The notes: generated by a model not told the origin, from the letters alone. A stretch of 64,000 nt of DNA from Candidatus Omnitrophica bacterium UBA6253 (GCA_002441245.1 DJVP01000012.1:325504-389503), one strand, 5' to 3'; positions 25,101 through 40,100 are shown, numbered from the stretch's first letter. Translations and numbers: made by a program.

Positions 25101-28100
25101 ACCCCTGCTCCTGTCTATTCTTTCCAGAAAAATATCTTCTATTATCTTCAAAACTACCTTTGTAAAGCATGATTCGGAGTCAAATCTATCTCCCCAAAGC
25201 CTTCTCTTTGTACTCCTTCCATTGAAACCAGCATATGCCCTCTCCCAAACCTCCGGAACATTTCCCGTGGAAGTAAAAACGCCCTTTAATATTTCTCGCG
25301 TCTTTCTCCTAACCCTGCCTGCCAATAAAGTATCGATGCCTTGCCAGCGTTCAGATAAATCAAAGAGGCTAACTCTATCTACCGGTGAGGCGGAGCCTGC
25401 CAACCTGGCCATGGCTTTGCGGAGTTCATCAGAGCGCATAAATGGATGTAATGCCTTGATGTCATATAATTCAGAAGCTAAATCTCCCAGGCCAACCCGC
25501 ACATATTCCCGCTGTCTGATTAGTTGTTTAAGGATATACCCGAGATGTTCTTTTCCTGGCTCTCCAAGTAAATCAAAATCCAGGAAAAGATGCTTATTAT
25601 AAATTCCGTAATATGGCTGCTGTCCTTTAATGAATATTAAAACGAAACCTTCCAGCGCCGGGCCAATGCCATTTTTTTCTATAATCTCAACAAAGGTTTT
25701 TAACTGAGCGGGGTTAACTTGCAGGTGTTGTTCTGCGGCCGGGATATTTGCAGGCTCGGTGCCAATAGTACCTTTGCCCGGAAGCATAAAAGTAATTTTT
25801 GTATAAATAAAATTAGCTTGAACAAGCCCTTCTTTTTCGCTAAACCGCAAGGAAGCAAACTCTTTTGAAGAAATCAGATCTTTTATTTCTTCCGTATAAT
25901 AATCATCGGGCAGCATTTCTATCACTACAGGGGAATTAGTTGGCGAACTGGAAAGTGTTTCTAAAAGAGTAAACTCTTTATCCAGGGAATACCTGTTAAT
26001 CCTTTCAATTTTATAATTATAACCTGTACGGCTGGCATAACAAACCTGGATAGCTTTTTCCTGGGGCCAGATAAAAATACCGGTTGATTCTGTTTTTGCA
26101 TGAGCCCCCGGGGCAGAGTCTATTTTTATATTTGACGGGGTTAAGCCGCAGGAAATCATGAAATCTTTGAGCGCCCTTGTAAATTTGCTGTTATTATCTC
26201 TATGTGCGATAAGTACCTTGGTAGATGCCTTAAAGACATTCTTTCTTTCAAAAAAACAGTATTTTCCCCATTCCTTAATAATATTGTTAAGGCCAGCTTT
26301 TAATGAAGAGGGGTTGATATGAGCAAGATAAATCCTGCCGTCTTCAACCAGGAATACTACAAGAGCGCAAGCCGTACATATATCCTTTAACGGCTTTTGC
26401 GCAAACCAGAATCCACTCTCTGTGCCGCAGACAAAATCCGCGTTATTGATCTCATAGAATCTTGTTCCTGCAATAGATGGTAATTCTACCGGACTGGAAG
26501 AAGCTCTTAAAAGAGTAAAGCCCTTGTCCAGCCAATAACGGTTAACCTGGATGATTTCGGGTTTAAAGACTTTAGGAAGGGCATTGATAAAAAAGTTAGG
26601 GATAGTATAAGTGATCTTTATGGCTTTACCCGGCCAGATGCAAAAAGACAGGTTTTCCGCAAAAAGGCCTATCCCTTGCGGCGCAGGGTCTATTTGTACA
26701 TTATTTTTGTGCAGGCCATAGGAAATTAATAAATTTTTGGTTGATTCTGCGGGTATGCTGTTTTTCATTATATGAGAAACAAGTGCCTTGGTAGTTTCGT
26801 TAAAAATATCGCCCGCATCAAAATACCCTCCAGCCTTCCATTGTCCGAGCATATCATTACGGTATGTTTCAGGATTTATTTGAGCCATGTAAACACTTCT
26901 ATCCCGGGTAAAGAAAAATACCACCACACAGTTTAAACAGGCATGTTTAAGGGGTTTTTCAACACGCCAGAACCCCGTGACAGAACCAGGCCCCGCAACC
27001 TTGTCAAATTGAGTCCTCTTTTCAACTGGGAATATTATCGGGCTGGAACACTCTTGAGCATTTTGGCTTAAAAAAGCGGCGAATTGCTTAATTAATCTTT
27101 TTTCCCGTATAATATTCAGCGGAGGAAGCAGCTCTGCCCCCAATAAAAATGCTATATCGTCACTTATCACAAAGTATCTATGCGCGATATTTATATCCAA
27201 AACGCAATAATGATTTAATAAATTCAAAAGGGCGAAGTTTAATAACAGGCAAGCGGTACGTTTATGCGCTTCATCATATGGCTGAAGGTGGGTTAATTTA
27301 ACAAAACATTCAGCGGCAAACAAATACGCAGAATCGCATTCCAAATCATCTTTGTAATTTCTAATAAACCATCTGGCGTATTTTCTTGCCCGGACAGCCT
27401 TTTCCCTAAGCATCCCTAAATCCTGGTTACGCCGGGAAATTCTTGCGCAGTCATATTCTTTGGTAGGTTTTGTAACTATGGTATTCAGATCAGCCAGGAA
27501 CGCGCTGAATTCATCTACATTTCTGAACTTAACCCCGATTTTTTCATTAATAAACTTGCACCCATTAACAAATCCCTCAATTACTTTTTCATCCGGCCTT
27601 CTGCAATCACGCAGTACGTCTTTATTCCCCAGGGCGATTCTTTCCCAGTTATCAGACAATTCCTTAAGCTTCATGTGCACTAACTCCAGATCTATGATCT
27701 TGTCAACAGGGCTGGATGACATTATCCTATCCAGCCATTTACGGTTTTCTTGATACTCCGGGGAATTTAGAATACCTGCGCGCCTGGCCTCGGCATCAAC
27801 TTTACCCAGTAATAACGGGTCTTTTATCACTTTATAATATTCTAAATTCACTATGCAATTCAAGGGAATCGAATCATAAGATATAAAATAAACGGTGTCG
27901 TTTTCTCTGAAAAAATTAATACCTTGCTCAACAAGCTTAGCCCGGCTTATGTACAGCAATACTCCGTTTGAGAAATAACCGGGTTGGCCATAATCAGGAT
28001 GGGACAAGAAAATAACCGGCTTGGAGTATTTATTAGTGATGGTTTTGGGTAGAATAAATCCATCCCTGATTATTAAGGCAAATTTTTCTACGGAGGTACC

Positions 28101-31100
28101 ATGTAAATATATCCTGGCTTCAAGCGGGTAATTAATCGGCGAAGAACTTTTCTTGCCGGAAATGCCGCGCCTGCTAATTATCCCATAAATCACTTCCGAT
28201 ATTTTCACGGAATCATGATAACTTTTTGCTTCTTCGTCCTCAAAATCCCCCATTACCGGTTTTATCCCCATTGCCCGGATATTCGCTATATCAGCGTAAG
28301 TATAGTAAGTTTCATTCTCTTTAGGCACATTGACCAGAGCATATTCAATATAATCCGTGTTTATCCGGCTGGGGTGTTTATCCGCATTCCTCAGATGTAA
28401 CAGGGCCAACCTTACCATATCGCTGGCGGCTAAACCTTTACTTTCCGCAGAACTATAGCGGAAATTACGCCATGAGATATTCACAACAAAAATCTTGGCT
28501 GCCCTGGTTAACCTAAGAGCTTCAGGGTTCCCCTTAACCGCTAAAGCCGGTATATAGCTGGTGATACTACCCGGACCGATAACTATGGCGTCTGATTCCA
28601 AAATAGCTGCCAGGCTCTCATGAGTAGCTGACGGCAGCTTCACCTCTTTACGGGTCCCTCTTCTGACAAAAATAATCCGTTCAATCTGTTCCGACTGGTT
28701 AAAACGATGATCAATTTCGTACTGGCCATAAATTACGCTATTGTTTTTCATCTTCGCGGCGATATCTAAATTAGCTAAACTCGCCGGGATTAACTGTGTG
28801 TAAGTATTAACGCCCAAAATACCGGATATTTTATCTATAGCCTTAAGGATATTCCTTTTCGCAGCAAAATACTGGCTGGCAACAATAATATTGCCGACAT
28901 TGGCATCAAATAACGGAAAGCCAGTATTCGCGTTTTCAATCTTCTCGCGGATAAAATACTCAATTGAACCCTGCAAAAAGGTTCTTAATTCTCCGGATAT
29001 ATTGATACCGCTTGCCCTCTCTTTAGCCTCTATTAAATTAAGCAGCTGGTTTTTAAGCTGGGAATTGCTGTTCCTGGTCTCTGTTTCCCGGGGAAACCTA
29101 TGGTTCAATATCTCTTCTACTAATTTATTCTCCAGGGTATCCGGTAAAAGTGCGACCAGCCTGTTACGTAAATCGCCAATAGCCGGCATATCCAGATGTC
29201 TGCGCAATATTCCGGTGCTAAACCCGTTGTCAAAAACTGTGATAATATTATATAAATGCGCTCCGCGGCTAATAAGCCCTTTAACCAGCTTCTGGGGGCC
29301 GGAGCCTCCTCCGATACTGGTTATGCAATAGCCGCCCGTAACCGGCGATGACCCTGAAGAAGGAGTAACCTCTATTTTTAGGCGGGTAGCCTTATCTTTT
29401 TTCTCTATCAGTGTTATTTTGCCAAATTGGGCAGTAATATCTCCATTTATGCATACATTAAAATATGTACGGCTCCTAACGCCACGATAAATTGCCCATA
29501 ATTCCTTTGTTTCTTTTGCATCAAACCCGGCTTCTCCGGGATAATAGCGGGAAAGCCACAAAAGAAGGTCTTGCCGGCCCTGCGGTACCCAGCCTTGCTT
29601 ATGGTCTCCATAAAATATTTCTACTGTGTTTATATGCGCATAATTTACTACCAACCCTGACAATATTTCCTTAATCCTGGCCCGGAATTTCTTGTCTACG
29701 CCAAAGAAACTATAAGTAACCTCTCCCTTGGCTTTAATTTTTGAACCTGAAACAGCCGAGACAAAAATGCTGGTTTTATTTTTGGCAGCCTGGGCATCAT
29801 AAGGGACCTGCGGCTCCAATAAAATAAGCTCTGGGATTATAATTTTCTCTACCATATTTTCTATGGATTTGATTTTAATACTAAGGCGCTCTTTTCTTGC
29901 CTCCAATAAATTAATTGCCAGGTTTACTCTATCAAGAATTTCTCCGGTCATGCCATTTTCCAGGCCTCCTATCATTAAATCCAGCTCCTGGCGCGCAAGG
30001 GTTATTTCGTGGGCCTCAGCAACTTTATTTTTACTGCCCCTCATCCTGCCTAAAATTGTCTTTACCTCGGATAATATTTCCAGATGCCCTGTCTTTCTGT
30101 AAAAATCAAGCCTCAGGGAGCTTAAAAGCTTTAAGGCCTGATTGATCCTTTCCTGAGACATAATAATGCTTTCGTATATATGGATAGTTTTCCTATACGG
30201 CTTGGGAAGCTGGGGAACAAGAGCCCTGTTATATGTTAACGGAGAGCTGCTCATAACCCCTGTTGATTTTGAAAACGTTTTCATTAACGCGCCAAAAAAT
30301 AAGGGGGTGGCGCCTTCTGCCTCACAGGACCAAGCAATATTAATTAAAACAGTAAAAAAGATAGATAAAATAGTAATCCAGCTCAATACTGTCACCCAGG
30401 AGAAATTCCCTAAGCTAAATTCACTATATAATTCCCTGGCAAATCTTCTATATAGGCTATTTTTCTGCCTGAAAATTACAGATAAAACAGCCATAGCTGC
30501 TCCCGGGGTAGGATATGATTGATAGCTATCTAACCACTTTATTATTTTATTAGAATAGCCTGATGCCCTCAGGACCTGTTTTATCTGTTTCCTGTTTCTG
30601 ACTCCAGACGCTTCATAATTAAGGATGGCGAAAGCCAACTTCCGGAAATTCATGTTCCTGCGATTACGATGCGGGCTTCCATACCCCCTGGAATTATCAA
30701 TTAACACCCTGGCAATATCAGAATAGCTTGACCCAACAGGACTGGATGAGGAGGTGTCTTTCAATGATTTAAGGGTTTTCCTTACAGCTTCCTTTGATTT
30801 AAAAGAGAATTTATGCTTTCCCCAGAAATCCTGGCCTAAAACATACTCCAGTAATTCACTACCCGTTATTTCTCTGCCTGCCCTCACTGCGTAAACTAAA
30901 ATCCTATTATTAATGCGGGAGAAATCTTTAGTCTCAACGAGCATTTTCCAATCCAGGGTCCCGATACATATTTCATCAATGCTTACCTTAAATTCAACCC
31001 TTACCAGTCCGCCCACGGAATTCCTGAATGCCGGCTCCCGGATAGCTTCTAACATCTCCTTGGCTACAATAAGAGGAGATTTCATCAGCTCCAGTAAAGC

Positions 31101-34100
31101 TTCTTTCTGGAGTGCCTGTTTCTGCTGCTGGTTCTGTATAAAATTAAAGAATGATAAGTGGAGGATTAAGACTTGAGGATAATATATGAAACTGGCAATT
31201 TTCCCGTTGGTGTATTTGGGGTTAGAAACAACGTTGATATTAAGCCCTTCGGGAGGGGCGTTAGCGTTGGAATTCTTAATCAACCTGAATAACTCGGATA
31301 ATTCCCTTTCTATTGGGACAATTCTTTTTCTTGAAGGCAGGGCCTCCAATTCAAAATTCCTGTTTGCCTTAAATGCTAAATTAATTTTATTAAGTACAGG
31401 AAATTGCAATACATTTTCAGAAGCTACAGGTATCTCCAAAGGATAATCGCGCCTTGCCACCCTGGCTGCTATTGGGCTGGAAGAATGGCTTTTTGGTCCC
31501 CGGGCCTCTTTGCCGTATTTTACGGAAATCTTGCCGAATATGCCCGGCACGCCCATCATTTTTTCTACTTTTCTAAAATCAAAAACGGGTTTTAATGAAT
31601 TATATTTTATCTTGGTCTCTAATTTCTCAACGACCTCCCAGGCCATAGCACTCATATTCTGCCTGGTGTTAAATCTATGACCGAATTTCTTTTCCGCCAT
31701 ATCCCTGACTTCCTCAAAAGTTTTATCTCTTATCAAAAATTGAATAAAAACAAACTCTTTTAAAAGTGTTATCCTGCCATTCCTGCGATGGTGCCTTAAT
31801 TCATACCTATTGTATCTCTCAATTGCTTTACCCATTAGATCCCTAATGCTTATTCCAATACCTTTTAAGTTGATTCTATCCAAAGTATCGTCCTCTACCC
31901 CCAGCATATCCCTTAATTTTCCGTCATTATCAGGGCTGATTTGGGCGTCTAATGAAGCAGGGTTGATAAGATTGCCTAACCGTATAACGCCCCCTATAGT
32001 GTTTTTTCCTGCCCCCAGCCTATCGGCAATCTGGCTTATTGTAGGAACGTTTCCTCCGGATTCATTTTTGAATGAATCTATAGCTCCATTTACCTTCCTT
32101 ACCCGGGAATATATATCCGCCGGCAGCTTGGCTCCATTAAGATGGCCCTTGGCAATGATTATTCTGCTGAATTGTACATCTAATGTACTCATATTAGTAT
32201 TAGGAACTGTTTTACCTATAACGAATGTCATAAAATCACCTTTATCAGGGTCAAATTTATCTAAGCGGCCGATCATATACTCTACAATTTCATGAGAGAG
32301 GTCAAATAAAGATATAGAGGTGGGAAAACGACACTTATAATCCCGGGCCCTTTTTATTATCCGTTGCATGCTGCCTGTAATTAATTTATCCTGCGCCTGT
32401 TTTGCCCTGGCTTTAGCCCTGGTATCTGCTCCGGGTATTTTCCCGTTTCTAATCGCTTCCATTAACACCCTCTGCTCTTCTCTTGTTGGATATTTAAAAG
32501 CAAAATACGACTGCAATGTCTCCATTTCCATATCATCATCTTTAGCTTTACTGAATCCTGAATTTGCGATATCGGGAAGCCCTTCACATTGAGCGCCATC
32601 CGAATCTCCGGTGCCTACCGGGCTATATTTTTCTTCCTCAACTAAAGTGGGCATGATTACTTCCGGAACAGCCAAAGGTTCTTCTTTGGCTGCTGATAGT
32701 TCAGCCGCAAATTTCTTAGTTAGCTTATTCAGTACGCCTTTTAGTATTACAAAATACCCCTTGGCCAATATATGTTCTACGATGGACAGGCGTAAACTTC
32801 TTTCTTCCCCCCATATCGCTGATAAAATATCGCTTTCGATTATTGCTTTCTTTTGCAACGCGGTTTTTATAACCCCATCCATTATCTGGGCCATTTTTTG
32901 CCCGGGTTCTAATTTCACGCCTAATTTTCGGCGGATCTCCCCATAGACATCCGTTGTCATACGCCTGCGGCTTATTCCCAGTTTTAATGCAATTTTATCC
33001 GCTTCAAATCCCATCGCGCTATATGCTAAAACCCCTGCTTCAAGTTTGCTTAATTTCACGCTATTATAAAAAAGGTAGATAAAGCTATCATAGCTTTCTT
33101 TACCGCAATTTATATACCCCTTCTCATACCCTGCCTTAACGCATTCTATAAGGGTATTCCTGCCGTCTTTATCTATACCAAGCTTATTGGCAATTTCGTC
33201 AACAAAAACCTGGATTGTATGCGGCTTAAGGTTCAATGCTTGCGCTATCTGGCGATTTGTATCCATTGAATTATTAACTGCTGCCTCCAGAATTGATCTT
33301 TCTCTGTTGGTCAACGGATTGGTGATGATTTTTTCCGCGCCGGAAGCATCCTCAACCGTAATCCAACCTTGTGTTAAGGCATATTTTGCCGCTTTAATCA
33401 ACTGGCTATGCCTCCAGTTGTTTCTTTCGCCTTTTACCTCCTTAGGCGTTTTTCCATAAACACTGTAAAAAGCCCTGCGGTAAATATACCTGGTATTGGG
33501 AAAATTCATGGCCTTAGCTATTTCTTCCAATGTTCTGCCTTGCAGTATAAAAGCAAGGATTTTCCTGGCATCATCATTAAGTGGGTTTGATTCCTTGGAG
33601 CGTATATTCTCAATATCTGCATCGCTGATATTCTCAACCGCTTTCAGCTTTAGCTCTTTAGCTTTAAGCATCAACGCAGACAACCCTGAAATTGTAGTCC
33701 GGGTCCCCTTAACACTTGTTTTATCTATTTTAATCCCGAATTTACGCCGCACGTCGCTTAAAGCGTTTCTTACTCTTTCCCGGCTTAGGGTAATTATAAA
33801 TTTATCAGCGATATTCTTTACTACCCGGTCAAAAAGCCCCCTGAATCCTCCGGCTACCGCCTCCTTTATTACTTCCTCAAATATCAAACTCTCCTGGCCG
33901 GTTAACTTAGGCCTGGTAATCGGGCTGGAACTGCCTGGGTTAACTATATTTTGAAGCGCGCTTTCCAGCAATCCAACTTCGGCATCCACGCCTCTTTCCT
34001 CCTCCCGGCTCAACCCCTGCGTGTCCAAAACAATATATTCCGTTTTAAAAACTTTTACAGAAATCCATAATACTTCCTTTAAGGTTTTACTATTTATATC

Positions 34101-37100
34101 CGCAAAAGAAAATTCTGCACCGATTTCAAATATTGCTTCATTTTTCTGTATCTTAAACAAAAGGCCGCTATTCATTCTAATGCCGTTGTTTTTAATACGC
34201 TCTAACTCGCGCCCTATGAGCTTTTCATTAAACAAAGCTGTATATTGGGAAAGTTTTCTTTCTTCGTAAGATAAAAATCCCTCTCTAATAGCAATCAAGA
34301 ATCTCAGGTTGCTAAGAGAATCTGCCTGAATCGCTGTTGCAATGTAACTGCTCAATCTATCCAGAAAAGCAGGAGGAAAATGGCTGGATAATAGCTTCTC
34401 TACCAGATATTCTAAACAATCGAGGTCCCTGCTTAATATTAAAAGTTCTATATCCGGCATTTTGGTTGATTTTTCCTTTTTTCTGTTCTTATTTTTTTGC
34501 TTAGCTCCACTATCGCCTTTTAACGCAGAGAGGTATTGCTCCAATTCCTGCTTCTTGCTTTCAAGAGCAGATTTCCAATCCCCTATAGGCATCCCTGCTC
34601 CAAGCGTAAAAAACGCCCGTAATAAATCCTCTTCTTTTGCCTGAAGATATATGTCTCTTATCAAATTAATAATTCCCTCCTGGCCCTGGAAATTGTTCCC
34701 AAGAAAGGCAAGAAATTCTTTTCTTTTTCTTTCTTCCAGCCCAAGGAGGCTTCGAAATAAATCAGCGATTTGCCTTTTGTCCGAAACAAGTACCGCGCAG
34801 ATAATTTGGCTTATTTTCTGCTGCTGGCCCATGTCAAAATAGCCGCTTGCTGTCTTAAGGAGAAACTTCAGGGCGTCTTCAGCCAAATCAAATCTTGCGG
34901 CTAACAAGCATATATTTACATAATCAACAACCAGCCTCACATGCTGTTTTTCAATACGGCCCTTAGCCCCCTCCATATCTATTCCAGCTATCCTGAAGAT
35001 CTCCCCATAACCTGCGCTTATATTCAGGAATATCCCAGATTTATCCAAGACCCTGCGGAATGCCGTCAGCGGAAGGATTATCCTGTTTCTTATATCATCA
35101 ACCATGCCTTCAAGCTCTTTCTTGGATGCCTTGGAATAAAAAAGCACCTCTTTCCGCAGGGTTGCTATGTCTTCGTTAGCATATAAATCATATGCCATGG
35201 TATGCCCTTCATGGACTAAAGCGACATTAAAATATGTATTCAAAAGATGAAATTCAAAATCTTCTTTAGGGATAGATGCAAGCAATCTTTCTACTGCAAT
35301 CCTGTATTTGGCTATTTTGCTCCCTTGCTCTATACTCATAAATATTATTTTTATATAACAGTTTGCGACTTTCTTTGATATATCAGCAATTATATCTTCT
35401 CCCAACAAAGGCTCTGCTTTTAATAAAGACTTTTTGGCTTTAATATACGCCTCTGCTGCCTGTTCTGCAGCCAAAAGCGCTCCCGGAGCGTTATTATCCC
35501 TCAAAACTATGCTTATATCGTAATGCGCCTCGCAGGCCATCCATATATTCCTGAAATAAAACTGCTGTCCTTTGAGGGCCTTTAATAACGTTGCACTGGG
35601 GATAAGCGAATAGAGGCGGTCCAGGTAGGGAGTGGAGATCGCTTCTCCATTATTGCCTAAGAAAGAAATTATTTTCTTAAGAATATCCCTGCCTGCCGAT
35701 AAGTAATCAATATCCTGCTTAATTTGCCCCTCGTTATAAAGATAAGCTGCAACGCTGTGAAGCGTAAAAAGCACTCTTTCTTCCTGGCCGGGTACATTGC
35801 TTATTAGAAGCTTAAACTGTTCGACATCTTTATTATGCCCGGGCTCAAACTTGAATGTTTTAGCCGCGATATCCGTAAGAACATCTGCCCCTAAGCTTGA
35901 AAGGCCCCCTATATCTTCCGAGGCAAAATAAACAAGAAAATCCAGAAAAGCGCTTCTGTATGAGTTTATGTCCTGGAAATTCCTGGGTGTTATTGCGGAG
36001 AGCTTATTTTGTATTTCATCTCCGTAAACAGGGCTTGAAATAGCTTTTTCATAAATCCGTGTTTCCGCTGCCTCCGGCTCAACAGTTTGATAATACCTGT
36101 TGATTGCAGCCAGTGTGATTTCGTCTTTTTCGCCTGATAAAGCCTCGGCCTTTATTTCATCCAAAACCTCAGATCTGGTCTTTAAAATATCGTCTTTATC
36201 CAGCAAACCCTCAATCCGCTTTTCTATCTCTAAGACTAACTCATCAATACTTAAACAACCGCTTATCAAGCCTTCTTGCTTGGCCTTCCTTAAAAGAGGA
36301 AGGAAATCAGCTTTTTCAGAAACTTTCATATCCACTCCCAACGCTATGGAGGACTTCTTTATTAAATCCCACAGGGAGCTGTATGAAGCCCTTCCCTGCT
36401 CTATTATAATCTCAGGCAGGCCCTTTCCGCAGGCTAAGAGCTTTAATGCCTCTATCTTGGAAAAACCGAATTTTTCCTGTTTAACTTTCTGCTGCAAACC
36501 GGATAATTCCAAATCCTTATCTAATTGCCCTTTAGACTGTAATGATTTAATTAATTTAAGGGAGGTTGCGTACGGCTTAGTTTGATTTCCTTTCTCAAGT
36601 ACTATCTTAATCCCCATTTTTCCAGCTCGCCTCTTGATATACGCAGGCCCGCATATTATGTCGCTCCTTGATATTTCCAACCTACTGTTAATCTCTTCAA
36701 AGGCCAGCCCCTGCGCCCTTAACAATAACGCCTGTATCTGCAGATGGGAAAGAAATACCGGATTCTTTTGCGGCAAAGAATGCAGTTTTTGCTCAGCAGC
36801 CCTTAGGATTTTTGCGGCAACTCCCGGGCCAAACCCTTTCTCCTGAATCCCCAATTTTCTCTTGATACCGCTGATATGCCTCTTGTTCGCATCTGTATGA
36901 ACGCGCCTGGATACGGCGATATCCCGGGATCTTGCCTTGCCTTTCTGCATCAATGCCAGGATATCTTTTTCCGTGTCGGTTAAAGGATTAACCTCGATGT
37001 CGGGATAAATCTGCCTTGCTTTTTCTATTAATTGAGCACGCACCTTCTTAATATTATGCTCTAAACCAAAGGCATCGAGTATAGAATGCACAATCTTTTT

Positions 37101-40100
37101 TACTGTGCCTTGATGGCTCAGGTGCAAAATACTGCCTATTCCTTTATAGGATTCGTTCTGGCACAAAAGCTTTAAGGCAATAAGCTGCCGATCGTTAAGT
37201 TCGCATGATTCCCCTGGCATTAATTTCTCCTGCCCGGCCAGCTTAATCTTTACAACCGGGCTGGATGCCTTTTCTTGATCGCTTAATCTGCTTATCGGCA
37301 GGGGTAAACCGACAACCGTGCATTTTTCCCGGCCATCCCAGTCTTCAAATCCAGGGCTTAATCCTCTATTACCCTCGGGGACCACCTTTAAATCGATAAA
37401 ATATTTCCGGATCAATCTGCGCAAATAATCCCTTCCTTTGCGCAATTCCAGGATATAGACAAAAGTAACTGTCCAATTCATGCGCAATGCCTCCCGGTGT
37501 AAAAAATCAAATATTGTTGAACCAATACCAATATATTCCCGGCCGATACGGCCATAACGGGTTTCTATAGACACTATTTCTATATTCTCAACCTGATAAT
37601 CCAGGCATGCCAGAAGCCCGTTTCCTCTGATAAAAATAAAATCCCCCTTGCTGGTAATATTTTCAAACCCTAAGTCGTAGAAAAGTTGCTTTCTGATTAA
37701 GGACTCCCTGGGCCTTAAATCATACTTATAATAATCAGGCACCTTCAACTCTATGCTTAATGAAGGTTTAAGTATATTCCTTAAAAATATGACATCCTGG
37801 CCCAATTCCTCTTTAGTATCATAAACCGGGCTGCTGCTAAATGCCCCGCCGGAAAGAAACTTTTGCTCCCCACCAGCCACGGAAGGTAAAGCAAAATCAC
37901 TATCATCTTTCCAACGGGGCATAACAATTCCTTTTTCTTTTAATATCCGCGCCAAAATCAGCTTGCCTCTTTCAATTCTTTGCCTGATTCCTTCCCTGCC
38001 AATATCCCACCTTGCAAAGCCTTCATCTTTCAGCGCTTTCTTTATCTCATTAGCCTTCCCGGAGTGCTGGCCCATCAGGATACTTAAAACAGCAAGAAAT
38101 AAATCTTCTGCCTTGCTGATATCCTTCCCCTTATACTCTTTATATCTGCCGATAATATATGCGATTATTTCTTTTTTCTCTAAACGCTCCAGAGGATTCT
38201 CTGTTTTATTATCCGCAAACATATCCAGGAGGGTAAGTCCATCGCTATCATCACCAACCGGGGTATCTATTGATAAGCCCTCTATACGTATTGCCTCAAT
38301 TTCATCCGCAATTAATTTTTTTATGGATTCATCGGGAAACCAATTATAAAGAAGTGTGGAAAGCCTGAACCCCTTATCAGGATCGTATAACGCTACTACA
38401 TCACGCATATTGGAAAAATCCAGAATTGCCCTGTTGGTGTAGAAAATATTCTCCAATAACCTTCCGTATAAATCCAAATATCCTTTATACTGGCTTTTTA
38501 TTATCTTTTGGATACGGAATATTATTATTTTCATTCCTATAATTGCCAGTATTTCGCGGGCTGCCGCGTTCCCATTAAGGCATTCCCGGCCTAATACCCC
38601 CTCTTCTTCTCTTGTCGGCCATCTATAGCCGTCATACATACTACTGATCCCGGAGCCATTTTCATTATCATAATTGACATAATTTATACCCTTTAAATCC
38701 GGAAGAGAACGAAAATCACTATATTTTGCTTCCCATTTTCTCTCAAACGGCTTTCTTCCCATTCTTTTCTTACCATTACCATTCTCTTCTTTGCTTGAGC
38801 TATTATCATTTTGGCCATAAAGATTAACAAATACGCCATAAAGCAATCTTACTTCTTCTAAATCCAGTGCCTTTTCCACATTCAGCTTAGCGAATATGCT
38901 CTTCTCCAACCGTAAATCGGGTGAGCCTGATTTTACCTGGCTAAGCAAATCTAATTCTTCCCTGCTTAAGCTTTTAATGTTTTCTTTAAACTGGATGAAT
39001 AGATATTTAACTCCGGGCAGATACCCTTTATCTATCGCGTATTGGATGCTGCATAACCTTAACCCTTCTTCCAACTCCATAGCTGTATTAATAATATCTT
39101 TTTCGGATATTTCACCGTCTTTAAGCGCGAACATTATGATTTCGGATATATTCTTGCCTTTTTTATCAATACCCATGGCGCCACATATAAAAAGATTATA
39201 CCTGCGGATTGAATCAGCGCCTTCTTTTATCTTTAACAGCCTGCAAGCCATATCCCTGTCAGCAACCAGAGCCTGGATTAATAATGCCTGCTTAAGTTTC
39301 AGGCTGAGCTTTTTCCTTTCGAACATAAATTTAAATCTCTTGAATTCTCCCGCGTCATACTCGATATAGCCTTTTTCCGCGGCACTTACCACACATTGCA
39401 CCAATGTCTGGTAACGCGGTTCAAGAAATTTCGGAATATCTAAAATACTCCTAATCTCACCGACCCTCTCCCTCACAGTAATAAATGATTGGCCTAAGCA
39501 AGCAGCAATATCCTTATATGATATCCGCTTATTTTCTAAGCCTGCTTTTATAGCTGTCTCCAGCAATTTTATCTGGGTCTTAAGCAAAGGATTCGATTCT
39601 TTAACTTTTCTTGCCTCTTCCTGCGCAGGCTGTTTAGCAACCGATTCATTTCTTTGTAAAATATAAATTACCTCAGCTAACTTATCCCTGCTGATTATTC
39701 CTCCCTGCCTGTTAACCAGTTCATATTCCTGCTTATATACTTCCATAAAAATAGGCAATAGTTTGCCGTAATTGCGGGAGGTGCCTAATTTTTTAGTTAC
39801 CCAATACAGCCTGTTACGTAATACCGGCTTGCTACCGATTTCCTTTCCTGCTTCTTTTAAAGGCCTGCCGCTTAGGATATCTTCCGCGATTACCCCCAGC
39901 GTCATTAACTCCATCTCGGTGAGCCATTCCGCGCCTCTTTTGGACGCCCTATAGACATATTCCTTGATCTGGCTAAGATGGATATAGTGGGGGAAGCTTT
40001 CAAAATAACGCTCACTATCCTTATACGCCGCAATTATCAAAGGAGCGACCTGCCCTCTTTTTTTGTCTACACCCAATTTAACGGTGATACTGGTTAGCAA

